Positions 16,097-25,059 of a stretch of DNA of 59,727 nucleotides are shown one piece after another. Position 1 is the first letter of the stretch. Each line of letters begins with the position of its first letter. The notes under the pieces are model-generated. The model was not told the DNA's origin. It saw only the letters and a list, made by a program, of their open reading frames with translations, and made no database searches. The position numbers and the translations under genes were made by a program. Origin of the DNA: Oscillospiraceae bacterium (GTDB lineage: Bacteria > Bacillota_I > Bacilli_A > RFN20 > CAG-288); contig CAVJZP010000004.1 of assembly GCA_963654365.1 (NCBI GenBank), positions 1 to 59,727 on the forward strand, given 5' to 3'.

Positions 16097-17953
16097 ATGA
16101 TATTTGGCAAGCACATCAATCAGTATTACAAAAAGTATTGGTATCTTTTCCTCGGTGTCTTTCTCTCTGACGCCTTTGTCGACGTCATACAGCTGATGAT
16201 ACCTTTGATTATCGGTAATGTCATCTCCGCCTATTCCAATGATGCTGTTATAGAAAAAGAGTATCAGTTTTCCTATCTCCGTCCTTTCTTCGGATTTAAC
16301 GGTGGCTTTACGGTGTCTCAGTCCTCATCTCTTCCCTTTTACCATACCGATTTCTTCATCACTTTGATTACGATCGCCTTGATTGGTTTCCTCATCTTCT
16401 TCGGAAGAATGGGCTGGCGATTCTTCTCCGCTCAGATTGGAAGCCAAATCGAAAGAGACTTAAGAGATGAGATGTTCCTACACATTCAGACGCTCTCATT
16501 AGGCTATTACAATCAGAAGAAAGTCGGTGGCCTTCTCTCCTTCTTCACCAATGATTTGGCTACGATCAAGCAGTGCTTCTCCGAAGCTCTGATCTGGGTA
16601 ACGGATTTGACCGTCTTAGGCACCCTCTCCTTTACCTTCATGGCAATCCTCTCCTATCAGTTAGCTCTCTACACAGCGATTCCGCTTCTCCTATTCATTA
16701 TACTAGGTGGCTTCATCGGTAAAGTTGAATCCAAGAAGTATCAGATCTCCAGCGACTCCTTTGAAAACCTCTCTGATTTCACGGAAGAGAATCTGCAAGG
16801 CTTCTCTGTCGTCAAGGCATTTTTGAAAGAGCAATCGAGAATTGAATCATTCAAAAGTCTTTCATCCGATGCTGAAAAGACCAGTATTGATTACTTGCGA
16901 TATTCTTCCCTAATTGACTTATTCATCAACCTTGTCCTCTCTGTCACTTTCCTTTTGCTCTACTTCTTAGGTGCAATCAGCATCATCGATAACAGCGTTC
17001 CTTTTGCCGGGCAGGTCACCGATATCGGAAAACTGACAACCTTTGTCGGATATTACGATTCCTTGATCTGGCCGATGATCGCTGGCGGATTATTGATCGA
17101 TTTAGTCTCAAGAGGAAACGGCTCCAGAAAACGTATTGCGGAAATCCTGGAAAGCCAGCCTGACATTCAGGATAACGATAAAGTAAGGCGCGATACTTTG
17201 AAAGGAGATATCCGTTTCAACCATCTCACCTTCACCTATCCAGATGGACAGTGCCCCTCTCTGAATGATATCTCCTTCCATGTCACTCCCGGCATGACCG
17301 TTGGCATCATCGGAAGGACAGGAAGCGGAAAATCTACCTTGGTGAACCTGCTTCCAAAACTCTACAACCTCCCCCGCGATATGCTTTATATCGATGGCGT
17401 CGACATCAACGACTGGAACAAATGTGACTTAAGAGAGCATACGGGATATGTCCTTCAGGAAGGATTCCTTTTCAGCGGAACCATCAAAGAGAACATCGCA
17501 TTCAGCGAAGAAGAACTCGATGTCTATGATATGGACAAGATTGAAAAGAGCGCCAAGTTTGCCAATGTCCACGATGACATCATCTCCTTTGTAAACGGTT
17601 ATGATACCATTGTCGGGGAAAAGGGGGCCACTCTCTCGGGCGGACAGAGACAGCGTGTCTCGATTGCACGTGCCATCTATAAGGATCCAGAGATGCTTCT
17701 TTTGGATGACTCGCTTTCTGCTGTCGATGCCGATACGGAGAAAGCAATCCTTCAGCATATCAGAAACAGAGAAGTGAAACTTACTACCTTCATCATCGCA
17801 CACCGCATCTCTGCTATCGAAGACGCTGACTTGATCCTAGTCTTGGATCAGGGAAATCTTGTCGGTATGGGAAAGCATGATGATCTCTATTCGTCGTGCC
17901 GACTCTACCATGACTTGTGCGAGCTTCAGAAATTGGAAAAGGAGGTCAAGTAA
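16097..17953 (+). CDS. ABC exporter half-transporter (TMD-NBD), subunit with degenerate Walker B glutamate
   Basis: Six-TM N-terminal half. Walker A GRTGSGKST, signature LSGGQRQR. Walker B is LLLDDS, with D where the catalytic E is expected. Confidence 0.85.
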   Translation: MIFGKHINQYYKKYWYLFLGVFLSDAFVDVIQLMIPLIIGNVISAYSNDAVIEKEYQFSYLRPFFGFNGGFTVSQSSSLPFYHTDFFITLITIALIGFLIFFGRMGWRFFSAQIGSQIERDLRDEMFLHIQTLSLGYYNQKKVGGLLSFFTNDLATIKQCFSEALIWVTDLTVLGTLSFTFMAILSYQLALYTAIPLLLFIILGGFIGKVESKKYQISSDSFENLSDFTEENLQGFSVVKAFLKEQSRIESFKSLSSDAEKTSIDYLRYSSLIDLFINLVLSVTFLLLYFLGAISIIDNSVPFAGQVTDIGKLTTFVGYYDSLIWPMIAGGLLIDLVSRGNGSRKRIAEILESQPDIQDNDKVRRDTLKGDIRFNHLTFTYPDGQCPSLNDISFHVTPGMTVGIIGRTGSGKSTLVNLLPKLYNLPRDMLYIDGVDINDWNKCDLREHTGYVLQEGFLFSGTIKENIAFSEEELDVYDMDKIEKSAKFANVHDDIISFVNGYDTIVGEKGATLSGGQRQRVSIARAIYKDPEMLLLDDSLSAVDADTEKAILQHIRNREVKLTTFIIAHRISAIEDADLILVLDQGNLVGMGKHDDLYSSCRLYHDLCELQKLEKEVK

Positions 17954-19759
17954 ATGGAAGAAACATTAGAAACAAAGCAGTATTCCTTGAAAGACACCAA
18001 AATCCTCAAAGGGCTTCTCCGTTACATCAAGCCATACCGCAAGTGGTTTATCGGCGTCATTGTGTTAGACATCTTTGTCAATGTCGCATTCTCTCTCGAC
18101 CCATTGATTGTCAAATACATGATGGATGTCCTCGATCATCTAGACACCCTTTCAAAAGATCCCATGCTGACCGTCTCTAGCATCATCATGCTGGATGTCA
18201 GCCTTTGGATCCTTGGATCCTTCGGCGGCTATTATGTCAACTTAGCCTTAAAAAAGATCGGTCAGAAAGTCGTCAAGAACATGAGAGATGATCTCTTCAG
18301 CCATGTCCTCTCCTTATCTCTATCCGACTTAAGAAAACTGAAAATCGGATCTTATGTCACCCGTATAACCAACGATACGCAGAACATCTCCTCTCTGTTC
18401 TCCGATATCCTTCCCCAGTTCCTCCGCGCCTTGCTATCTTTAGTCATCATCATCGTCACGACCTTTGTCGTAACGCATTTCTACGGATTCATCTTCATCG
18501 CCTACATTCCTATTGTCTTTATCATCTCCTACTTCTTCCGCAAGAAATCGAGAACCTATTACCGCGGTGAAAAGAAAGCGATAAGTGAAATGAACTCCTT
18601 CTTAAGCGAATCCTTCCAGGGAGTCAAAGTCACAAAGACCTACAACAGAGAAAACAAAAAACAAAAAGAGTTCAGAAGGAAGAATGAGAACATCCGTTCC
18701 ACCTTCGTCAAATCTCAGAATCTCTTCGCCTTCTATTATCCATTCATGTATCTGCTGCAGATCAGCTGTGTCGTCATCGTCTTCAGCTTCTGCATTCCGA
18801 ACATCTCCAGAGATGAAGGAGTGACCGGAATCACACTCGGCACCTTCCAGATGCTCTACTCCTATTCCAGCCAGTTCTTCCAGCCGATTCAGACTATCAC
18901 CCAATTGATGAATATGCTTCAGCAGACCATCTCCAGTGCGGAGCGTATCCTTGTCGTCTTGAACGAGAAGGAAGAGGTTCAGGAAGAGGATGACTTGATC
19001 CATGTCGATTCCTTCAAGGGAAAAATCGAATTCCGGCATGTCTACTTCGCCTATGAGAAAGAGGACTATGTCTTAAAGGATGTCTCCTTTGTTGTAGAGC
19101 CTGGCAAAACAGCCGCCTTCGTCGGTGCGACAGGAGCAGGAAAATCGACCATCATCTCACTGATATCCAGGACCTACAACGTCAGCAAGGGCGAAATCTT
19201 AATCGATGACATCCCCATTGAGCAATATTCGATCGAGTGTCTGAGAAAGAATATCGGTATGATGCTTCAGGATGTCTTCATCTTCTCAGGAAATATCAAA
19301 GACAATATTTCCTTAGGAAACAAAAATGTCACAGATGATGAAATCTATTCCGCCTGTAAGTATGTCGGTTGCGACCCCTTCATCAGGAAACTTCCGCAAG
19401 GGTATGAGACCAAGGTCTCAGAACGCGGCGCAAACTTCTCAGCCGGTGAAAGGCAGTTGATCTCCTTTGCGAGGACTCTTGTCTATTCTCCTAGCATGAT
19501 GCTATTAGATGAGGCGACTGCCAATATCGACACAGAAACGGAAAATATCATTCAGACCTCTTTGGAGAAGATGATGAAGATCGGTACGATGCTCATCGTC
19601 GCCCATCGGCTTTCCACCATCAAGAACTGCGACATGATCTTCGTCGTCGACAAGGGTGTCATCAAGGAAAGAGGAAACCATCAGCAACTATTACAGAACC
19701 ATGGTTTGTACTATAATCTATATAGGCTACAGAATATGGAACGCAATCTAGGAAAATAG
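17954..19759 (+). CDS. ABC exporter half-transporter (TMD-NBD), partner subunit with degenerate signature motif
   Basis: Starts 1 nt after the upstream stop. Walker A GATGAGKST, signature FSAGERQL (non-canonical), Walker B MLLDEAT. This is the asymmetry typical of heterodimeric exporters. Confidence 0.85.
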   Translation: MEETLETKQYSLKDTKILKGLLRYIKPYRKWFIGVIVLDIFVNVAFSLDPLIVKYMMDVLDHLDTLSKDPMLTVSSIIMLDVSLWILGSFGGYYVNLALKKIGQKVVKNMRDDLFSHVLSLSLSDLRKLKIGSYVTRITNDTQNISSLFSDILPQFLRALLSLVIIIVTTFVVTHFYGFIFIAYIPIVFIISYFFRKKSRTYYRGEKKAISEMNSFLSESFQGVKVTKTYNRENKKQKEFRRKNENIRSTFVKSQNLFAFYYPFMYLLQISCVVIVFSFCIPNISRDEGVTGITLGTFQMLYSYSSQFFQPIQTITQLMNMLQQTISSAERILVVLNEKEEVQEEDDLIHVDSFKGKIEFRHVYFAYEKEDYVLKDVSFVVEPGKTAAFVGATGAGKSTIISLISRTYNVSKGEILIDDIPIEQYSIECLRKNIGMMLQDVFIFSGNIKDNISLGNKNVTDDEIYSACKYVGCDPFIRKLPQGYETKVSERGANFSAGERQLISFARTLVYSPSMMLLDEATANIDTETENIIQTSLEKMMKIGTMLIVAHRLSTIKNCDMIFVVDKGVIKERGNHQQLLQNHGLYYNLYRLQNMERNLGK

Positions 19760-19768
19760 GGGGCCATC

Positions 19769-21115
19769 ATGAAAAGAAAGATTTCACTATTTGATACGTA
19801 TGAAGGAAAAGTAAGAGAATTTGTTCCGCTCAGTGAGAAGGAAGTGGATATCTATTACTGCGGTCCGACCGTCTATAACTATGTCCATTTAGGAAACTTC
19901 CGTCCGACTGTCACGTTCGACTTGCTCACACGTGTTCTGACTGAATGCGGATATCAGGTCAAATGCGTCAGCAACTACACCGATATCGATGACAAGATCA
20001 TCAAGGAGGCCAAGAAAGAGAACAAATCCGAGAAAGACCTCTCTCAGTTCTACATCAAGGCCTATGAGGACTGTCTCAACAAACTGAACATCCTTCCTCT
20101 CTACGACCATCCCAAGGCAAGCGAATACATCAACAAGATGGCTTCGTTCATCCATCAGTTGGAAGACAACGGTTCCGCCTATCAAAGCGGTGAGGATATC
20201 TATTTCCGCGTGAATACGGTTCCTAGTTATGGATCATTATCCAAACAGAAGATCTCCGATCTTGTCTCCGGAAGCAGAATCGATGTCTCTGACAAGAAAG
20301 AGAATCCGCTCGATTTCGCTCTCTGGAAACTGACGGATGATGACGGAATCAAGTTTGATACGGAAATCGGCACAGGAAGACCTGGCTGGCACACCGAATG
20401 TGTCGTCATGGTAAATTCTGTCTTCCACAAGCCTTTGATCGACATCCATGGCGGTGGCTTTGATCTGAAGTTCCCCCACCATGAGAATGAGATTGCTCAG
20501 TCGGAGGCTTTGAATCATACCCGTCTTGCCAATTACTGGATGCATGTGGGATTCCTTCTCACCAACGGCGTCAAGATGAGCAAGTCCTTAGGCAACTCCA
20601 TTCTGGCTAAGGATGTCTTGACAAGACACAGCGGAAACGCAATCCGTCTCTTCTTCCAAACGACACACTATCGTGCACCGGTCAACTATACCGAAGAGAA
20701 TCTCAACGCTTTTGACAAGCTCAACAACCGTTACTCCTCCTCCTTGAGAAAAGCGTTTAATCTGCTCTCTTTGCATCATATCGGAAATGGTGTCATCCTG
20801 ACTGACAAATACGATTCCTTCATGGATGCCTTATCCGACGATCTCAATGTCGCCAATGCGATGACAGTCTATGATTCCCTCATCAAGGAAGTCAATACAC
20901 TGATGATGAAGAAGGATGCTGACTTATCTCACCTTGCGGATTGCTATGCTACCTTGATGAAGTTTACATCAATCCTTGGTCTATCCTATGAATTCACTCC
21001 TCTTTCTGAGGAAGACATCTCGTTGCTTAACGAGTACAATAAGGCAAGAGAAGAAAAGAACTTTGCAAAGAGCGATGAACTTCGTCCTCTCTTGATGGAA
21101 AAAGGACTCTTATGA
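19769..21115 (+). CDS. cysS: Cysteine--tRNA ligase
   Basis: YYCGPTVYNYVHLGNFR carries the HIGH-type motif and KMSKSLGN is the KMSKS motif. 448 aa. Confidence 0.9.
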   Translation: MKRKISLFDTYEGKVREFVPLSEKEVDIYYCGPTVYNYVHLGNFRPTVTFDLLTRVLTECGYQVKCVSNYTDIDDKIIKEAKKENKSEKDLSQFYIKAYEDCLNKLNILPLYDHPKASEYINKMASFIHQLEDNGSAYQSGEDIYFRVNTVPSYGSLSKQKISDLVSGSRIDVSDKKENPLDFALWKLTDDDGIKFDTEIGTGRPGWHTECVVMVNSVFHKPLIDIHGGGFDLKFPHHENEIAQSEALNHTRLANYWMHVGFLLTNGVKMSKSLGNSILAKDVLTRHSGNAIRLFFQTTHYRAPVNYTEENLNAFDKLNNRYSSSLRKAFNLLSLHHIGNGVILTDKYDSFMDALSDDLNVANAMTVYDSLIKEVNTLMMKKDADLSHLADCYATLMKFTSILGLSYEFTPLSEEDISLLNEYNKAREEKNFAKSDELRPLLMEKGLL

Positions 21116-21618
21116 TAAAAGAAAAAGATTCCCTGGCCTACATGGAGAATCTTCTCAAAGGCAAGGAGAATGATGAAGAACTCTTTTCTCTCTTCCTCTC
21201 TGCTTTTGATGAAAAGATCTTCCAAAGCAACGACCTCTATCCTGAAATCTTTGCGATGACTTACCGAAACGATCATCCTTTTCTTAGTGACAAGTACAAA
21301 GGGTATCTCACCTTGGATGTCGCAATGCAGTGGATGCCCTATAACGATTACAGAGGAAGCAAGGAAGAACTCGACAAAGCCATCGATCAGGAGAACTTCC
21401 ACTGTTATCAATTGCATCTCTATCTCTATTATTCCTCCTCCGAGGATACTGAAGTAAAGATGATCAAGGAATGGCAGATTCTCTCTTCTTCCTACAAAGA
21501 GAAAGAAGCGAAAGACAGAGAAGCATTTCTCTATACGATGAACGAAACGCTTAAAGATTATAAGACTAAAGGATACCGATTCCTCGGATACGACCTTGAT
21601 TTCACTGACGCTCAGTAA
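21112..21618 (+). CDS. Hypothetical protein, translationally coupled to cysS
   Basis: ATGA overlap with the cysS stop. 168 aa with no motif I recognise. Confidence 0.5.
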   Translation: MIKEKDSLAYMENLLKGKENDEELFSLFLSAFDEKIFQSNDLYPEIFAMTYRNDHPFLSDKYKGYLTLDVAMQWMPYNDYRGSKEELDKAIDQENFHCYQLHLYLYYSSSEDTEVKMIKEWQILSSSYKEKEAKDREAFLYTMNETLKDYKTKGYRFLGYDLDFTDAQ

Positions 21619-21629
21619 AAGACAAAACG

Positions 21630-21660
21630 AAAAGCCGCCTGATACATTCAGGCGGCTTTT
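21630..21660. terminator. Bidirectional terminator between the 21112 ORF and hpt
   Basis: AAAAGCCGCC (21630-21639) / GGCGGCTTTT (21651-21660). A-run on the left and T-run on the right. Confidence 0.75.
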
Positions 21661-21682
21661 ATTCTTTCTTAGTTTTTATTCT

Positions 21683-22279
21683 TTATTTCTTTCTTAAGTC
21701 AGAGTGAGAGGCTTTATCGGAATCGATGATCTTATCCCATTCCTCGATATCCTTCTTAGACGGAACGAAGACATAAGGTTCATTCCTCCATAAGCCGTAA
21801 TAATCGAATCCGAATCCAACGATATATCTCTGTTCATCTGTGGAAAGCCCTGTGAAATCAGCCAGTTCATCGTACTGGACCTTTTCAGACTCTCTCTTGA
21901 CGAGAACACAGACATAGAGATTCTTCGGTTTGTATCTTTCCTTGACGTAATTGCGGAGGTAATGCATCGTAATACCGCTGTCGATGATGTCCTCAACAAG
22001 GACGACATCCCTTCCTTCCAGATTGATATCCGGTTCTTTTGTGATGTTGACTTTGCCGGTCGTTTCCGTTCCAGAATAAGAGGAAGCCTTCAAGGTGTCG
22101 ATCTCAATCGGATGCTTGACATGCTTGACCAATTCATATAAGAAGGGAAGAGCGCCGTTCATAATGCCGACCAGTACAGGAACACCATTGTTGTTTTCAT
22201 CCAGCTTCGCATCGATTTCCTTTGCGAGACGAGAACAGACACGAACAATTTCATCTTCGGATAGAATCAATTTTTCCAT
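21683..22279 (-). CDS. hpt: Hypoxanthine phosphoribosyltransferase
   Basis: VVLVEDIIDSGITM is the PRPP-binding motif. The overall HGPRT pattern is present, with a short C-terminal extension. Confidence 0.85.
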   Translation of the reverse strand: MEKLILSEDEIVRVCSRLAKEIDAKLDENNNGVPVLVGIMNGALPFLYELVKHVKHPIEIDTLKASSYSGTETTGKVNITKEPDINLEGRDVVLVEDIIDSGITMHYLRNYVKERYKPKNLYVCVLVKRESEKVQYDELADFTGLSTDEQRYIVGFGFDYYGLWRNEPYVFVPSKKDIEEWDKIIDSDKASHSDLRKK

Positions 22280-22427
22280 ACTTTGCCTCCGGACAAATAT
22301 CCATTTTTATTTTACATTATCTTTTGAAAAGAAAAAATGTTTTTCAGAGATGAAAGGGCTACCAATATAAAAAACTGTTGAGATTATATACCGCCTAAAA
22401 TTTTATCGGAAAAATAAGAAAAAAGTC

Positions 22428-22456
22428 TTGCATTTTTTCATGATTATTGAGATAAT
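22428..22456 (+). promoter_or_regulatory. Promoter candidate for tRNA Asp-Gly
   Basis: TTGCAT, 17 nt, GATAAT. Confidence 0.45.
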
Positions 22457-22484
22457 TATTAAGCGCTTGAAAAAAGCGTTGTGT

Positions 22485-22561
22485 GGATCCTTAGTGTAGA
22501 GGCCTATCACGTCTCCCTGTCACGGAGAAGATCACGGGTTCGAATCCCGTAGGATCCGCCA
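22485..22561 (+). tRNA. tRNA-Asp (GTC)
   Basis: Acceptor GGATCCT/AGGATCC, anticodon loop CTGTCAC, T-loop TTCGAAT, encoded CCA. Confidence 0.9.
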
Positions 22562-22568
22562 TTCAATT

Positions 22569-22642
22569 GCAGGCGTAGTTCAATGGTAGAACGCGACCTT
22601 GCCAAGGTCGACACGCGGGTTCGATTCCCGTCGCTTGCTCCA
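22569..22642 (+). tRNA. tRNA-Gly (GCC)
   Basis: Acceptor GCAGGCG/CGCTTGC, anticodon loop TTGCCAA, T-loop TTCGATT, encoded CCA. Confidence 0.9.
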
Positions 22643-22654
22643 TCGGATAAATCA

Positions 22655-22677
22655 ACTCGGGTTTCCGGGTTTTTTTA
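22655..22677 (+). terminator. Terminator after tRNA-Gly
   Basis: ACTCGG-gttt-CCGGGT (one G-U pair) followed by TTTTTTT. Confidence 0.6.
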
Positions 22678-22738
22678 TTTTTCGGTGGCTTTTGCTCCTG
22701 TTTTTCTTTTTTCTCTTTCTGAAATGACTTAAAATACT

Positions 22739-23503
22739 ATGACTATGAAAAAAACATTATTAGAGTACCTTCGCTGGAAAAATCCAAAAAGTTATGCCAA
22801 AACTGAAGAAGAGAACTACTTTCAGAGCCATCTCTCCTCTTTCTCTCCTGTGACTCGGGAATACCGTCAAGAGAGCGACTTTTTTCATCTCCTGAAGGCC
22901 GACATCATCCTTCTAGGTCTCAACAACAGGAAAGTCATCAATGATTATCTTGTGAAGCATTCCGGAAACATCGATATCGATGAATACCATGCTTTTCTCT
23001 CTGTCCTTCCTCAGATTGAAGACAAAGAGAATCCAATCTTCATCCCGACCTATTCCAGATCCATCAATTCCCGCTATTTCTCTCGTCCAGATGTCTTTTC
23101 CCATTTCCCTTATGAAACGCTTCTGAATGACGAGAAAGCATCTCTCATCGACCCGTTCATCGTCTATGGCCCAGAGCTCTTCTTCAGTTTCTGTCATCTG
23201 CTACGCCTGAAGCGATACGAGAGCGAATCCTTTGCCTGCTATCACGAGGCAATGGAGACCATCTATATCATCAACGATAACGGCGGACTGGAGGCCGAGA
23301 TTCCGCTCTTTGACGAGAAGATGAAAAGAAAAGACAAATCCAACCTATGTGATAGATTGTCCATCATTGTAAAAGACTATTACGACATGGACCGTATCTC
23401 CTTTATCGAGCACTTGGAAAGAGAGAATCTGATCTCTTCTCAGCTGAAGAATGACTTGCTGAGATACGAGTGCAAACGAGAAAGAAAGGACAGAAAGAAA
23501 TGA
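22739..23503 (+). CDS. Hypothetical protein, translationally coupled to mtaB
   Basis: 254 aa ORF with no recognisable motif. The stop overlaps the mtaB ATG (ATGA at 23500-23503). The start could also be ATG 22745. Confidence 0.5.
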   Translation: MTMKKTLLEYLRWKNPKSYAKTEEENYFQSHLSSFSPVTREYRQESDFFHLLKADIILLGLNNRKVINDYLVKHSGNIDIDEYHAFLSVLPQIEDKENPIFIPTYSRSINSRYFSRPDVFSHFPYETLLNDEKASLIDPFIVYGPELFFSFCHLLRLKRYESESFACYHEAMETIYIINDNGGLEAEIPLFDEKMKRKDKSNLCDRLSIIVKDYYDMDRISFIEHLERENLISSQLKNDLLRYECKRERKDRKK

Positions 23504-24759
23504 AATTCAGAATCATAACCCTAGGATGCAAAGTGAATTCCTATGAATCCCAGTCTTTGAAAGAAAGACTGATCAAAGAAGGGCACACCGAAGCAAAGAA
23601 AGAGGAGGAAGCGGATATCTTCTTCCTGAACACCTGCGCTGTCACCAATGAGGCGGAGAAGAAGGACTTGCAGAAAGCAAGAAGCATCGCAAGAAGATTC
23701 CCGACTAAGCCTCTCTATGTCATGGGATGCTCGTCTCAGATCCACAAGGAGAGATTCCTCGACATTCCTACTGTCAAATGTGTCATCGGCAATTCTAACA
23801 AATCCAAGATCGAGTGCCTGTTAGACGACGGAAATAAGGATCACGTCGATGAGGATTCTAGGCACTTCCACTATGAAGACACTCCGACCGAGGAAGGAGA
23901 GAAGAACGTAAGAGGCTATATCAAAGTGCAGGATGGCTGCAACAACTTCTGCTCATACTGTGTCGTTCCTTTTACCCGTGGAAACTCCAGGAGCCGTAAG
24001 AAGGATTCCATCCTAAAGGAAGCAAAGGATATTCTTGCTCATGGCGTAAAGGAACTTATCATCGGTGGAATCGATACTGGTTCCTATCACGATCCTGATA
24101 ACCCGGATTACAATCTGACCGCTCTTTTGAAAGATATGCTTCACCTAATAGATACACCTTATCGAATCCGTGTCTCCTCCATTGAGGCCAGTCAGGTCGA
24201 TGACGAATACATAAAACTATTCAAAGAGAACCGAAACGTTCTCTGCCCACATTTCCATCTTCCTCTACAGTCGGGAAGTGCCAAGATCCTAAAGAGGATG
24301 AACAGAAAGTATTCCTTGGAAGACTTCAGGAATCTGACTGACAAGATCAAATCCGAAATTGAGGATGTCGCATTATCCACGGACGTCATCACTGGTTTCC
24401 CAGGTGAAACAGAAGAAGACTTCATGGACACGTATCACTTCATTGAAGAGGTTGGTTTCATGCGGATTCATGCCTTTCCTTACAGTGAAAGGCCGTTCAC
24501 GATGGCAAGCAGGCTTTCTGACAGTGTACCAGTCAGAACGCGTATGGACCGCGTGAAGAAGCTGATTGAATTATCCGATAAGAATGATAAGGCATTCCGT
24601 AAACAGCTCAAAAAGAAGGAAGTCACCGTCTTAGTCGAAAGCAGAAACAAAGATGGTCTTTATGAAGGATACTCAGAAAACTACCTTCGTTTTGAAATAC
24701 CATCCAAAGAAAACATTGTAGAAGAGTTTGTAAAAGTCCAAGTAAAGGACACGGACTGA
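23500..24759 (+). CDS. mtaB: tRNA threonylcarbamoyladenosine methylthiotransferase (MtaB-type radical SAM MTTase)
   Basis: Start set at ATG 23500. MKFRIITLGCKVNSYESQ is the N-domain and DGCNNFCSYCVVP is the radical SAM motif. A TRAM-like C-terminus is present. Confidence 0.7.
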   Translation: MKFRIITLGCKVNSYESQSLKERLIKEGHTEAKKEEEADIFFLNTCAVTNEAEKKDLQKARSIARRFPTKPLYVMGCSSQIHKERFLDIPTVKCVIGNSNKSKIECLLDDGNKDHVDEDSRHFHYEDTPTEEGEKNVRGYIKVQDGCNNFCSYCVVPFTRGNSRSRKKDSILKEAKDILAHGVKELIIGGIDTGSYHDPDNPDYNLTALLKDMLHLIDTPYRIRVSSIEASQVDDEYIKLFKENRNVLCPHFHLPLQSGSAKILKRMNRKYSLEDFRNLTDKIKSEIEDVALSTDVITGFPGETEEDFMDTYHFIEEVGFMRIHAFPYSERPFTMASRLSDSVPVRTRMDRVKKLIELSDKNDKAFRKQLKKKEVTVLVESRNKDGLYEGYSENYLRFEIPSKENIVEEFVKVQVKDTD

Positions 24760-24809
24760 CAAATGAAAAGGAAAAGCAGACATAATATTGCCTGTTTATC
24801 AAAAAAAGA

Positions 24810-24838
24810 TTGATTTTCGGCTCCAAGATTACTATAAT
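24810..24838 (+). promoter_or_regulatory. Promoter candidate for tRNA-Ala
   Basis: TTGATT, 17 nt, TATAAT, ending 13 nt before the tRNA. Confidence 0.55.
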
Positions 24839-24851
24839 CATATAGCGTTTT

Positions 24852-24927
24852 GGGGCTGTAGCTCAATTGGGAGAGCGCCTGCTTTGCAAGCAGGAGGTCG
24901 CGAGTCCGATCCTCGTCAGCTCCACCA
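24852..24927 (+). tRNA. tRNA-Ala (TGC) with atypical T-loop
   Basis: Acceptor GGGGCTG/CAGCTCC including G3:U70. Anticodon loop TTTGCAA. The T-loop reads TCCGATC (C at position 55). Encoded CCA. Confidence 0.8.
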
Positions 24928-24939
24928 TCATGCAAATAT

Positions 24940-24968
24940 ATAGGTTCCGTAAGGAACCTATTTTTGTT
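24940..24968 (+). terminator. Terminator after tRNA-Ala
   Basis: ATAGGTTCC-gtaa-GGAACCTAT followed by TTTTGTTT. Confidence 0.75.
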
Positions 24969-25028
24969 TATTTTCTCACCTGATTGGCAGGGAACAACTT
25001 CAAGTCGGAAAGTATAGTTGTGCCTCAT

Positions 25029-25055
25029 CAAAAATGCCTCAGCATGCTGAGGCAT
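25029..25055 (-). terminator. Terminator after der
   Basis: Perfect 22-bp palindrome atgcctcagcatgctgaggcat (25034-25055), followed on the minus strand by TTTTTG. Confidence 0.7.
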
Positions 25056-25059
25056 AATT

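Noticed and set aside
22280-22427. Purine riboswitch upstream of hpt.
   Set aside because: On the minus strand the region lacks the conserved junction sequences and the P2/P3 loop-loop motifs of guanine/adenine riboswitches. It is simply AT-rich.
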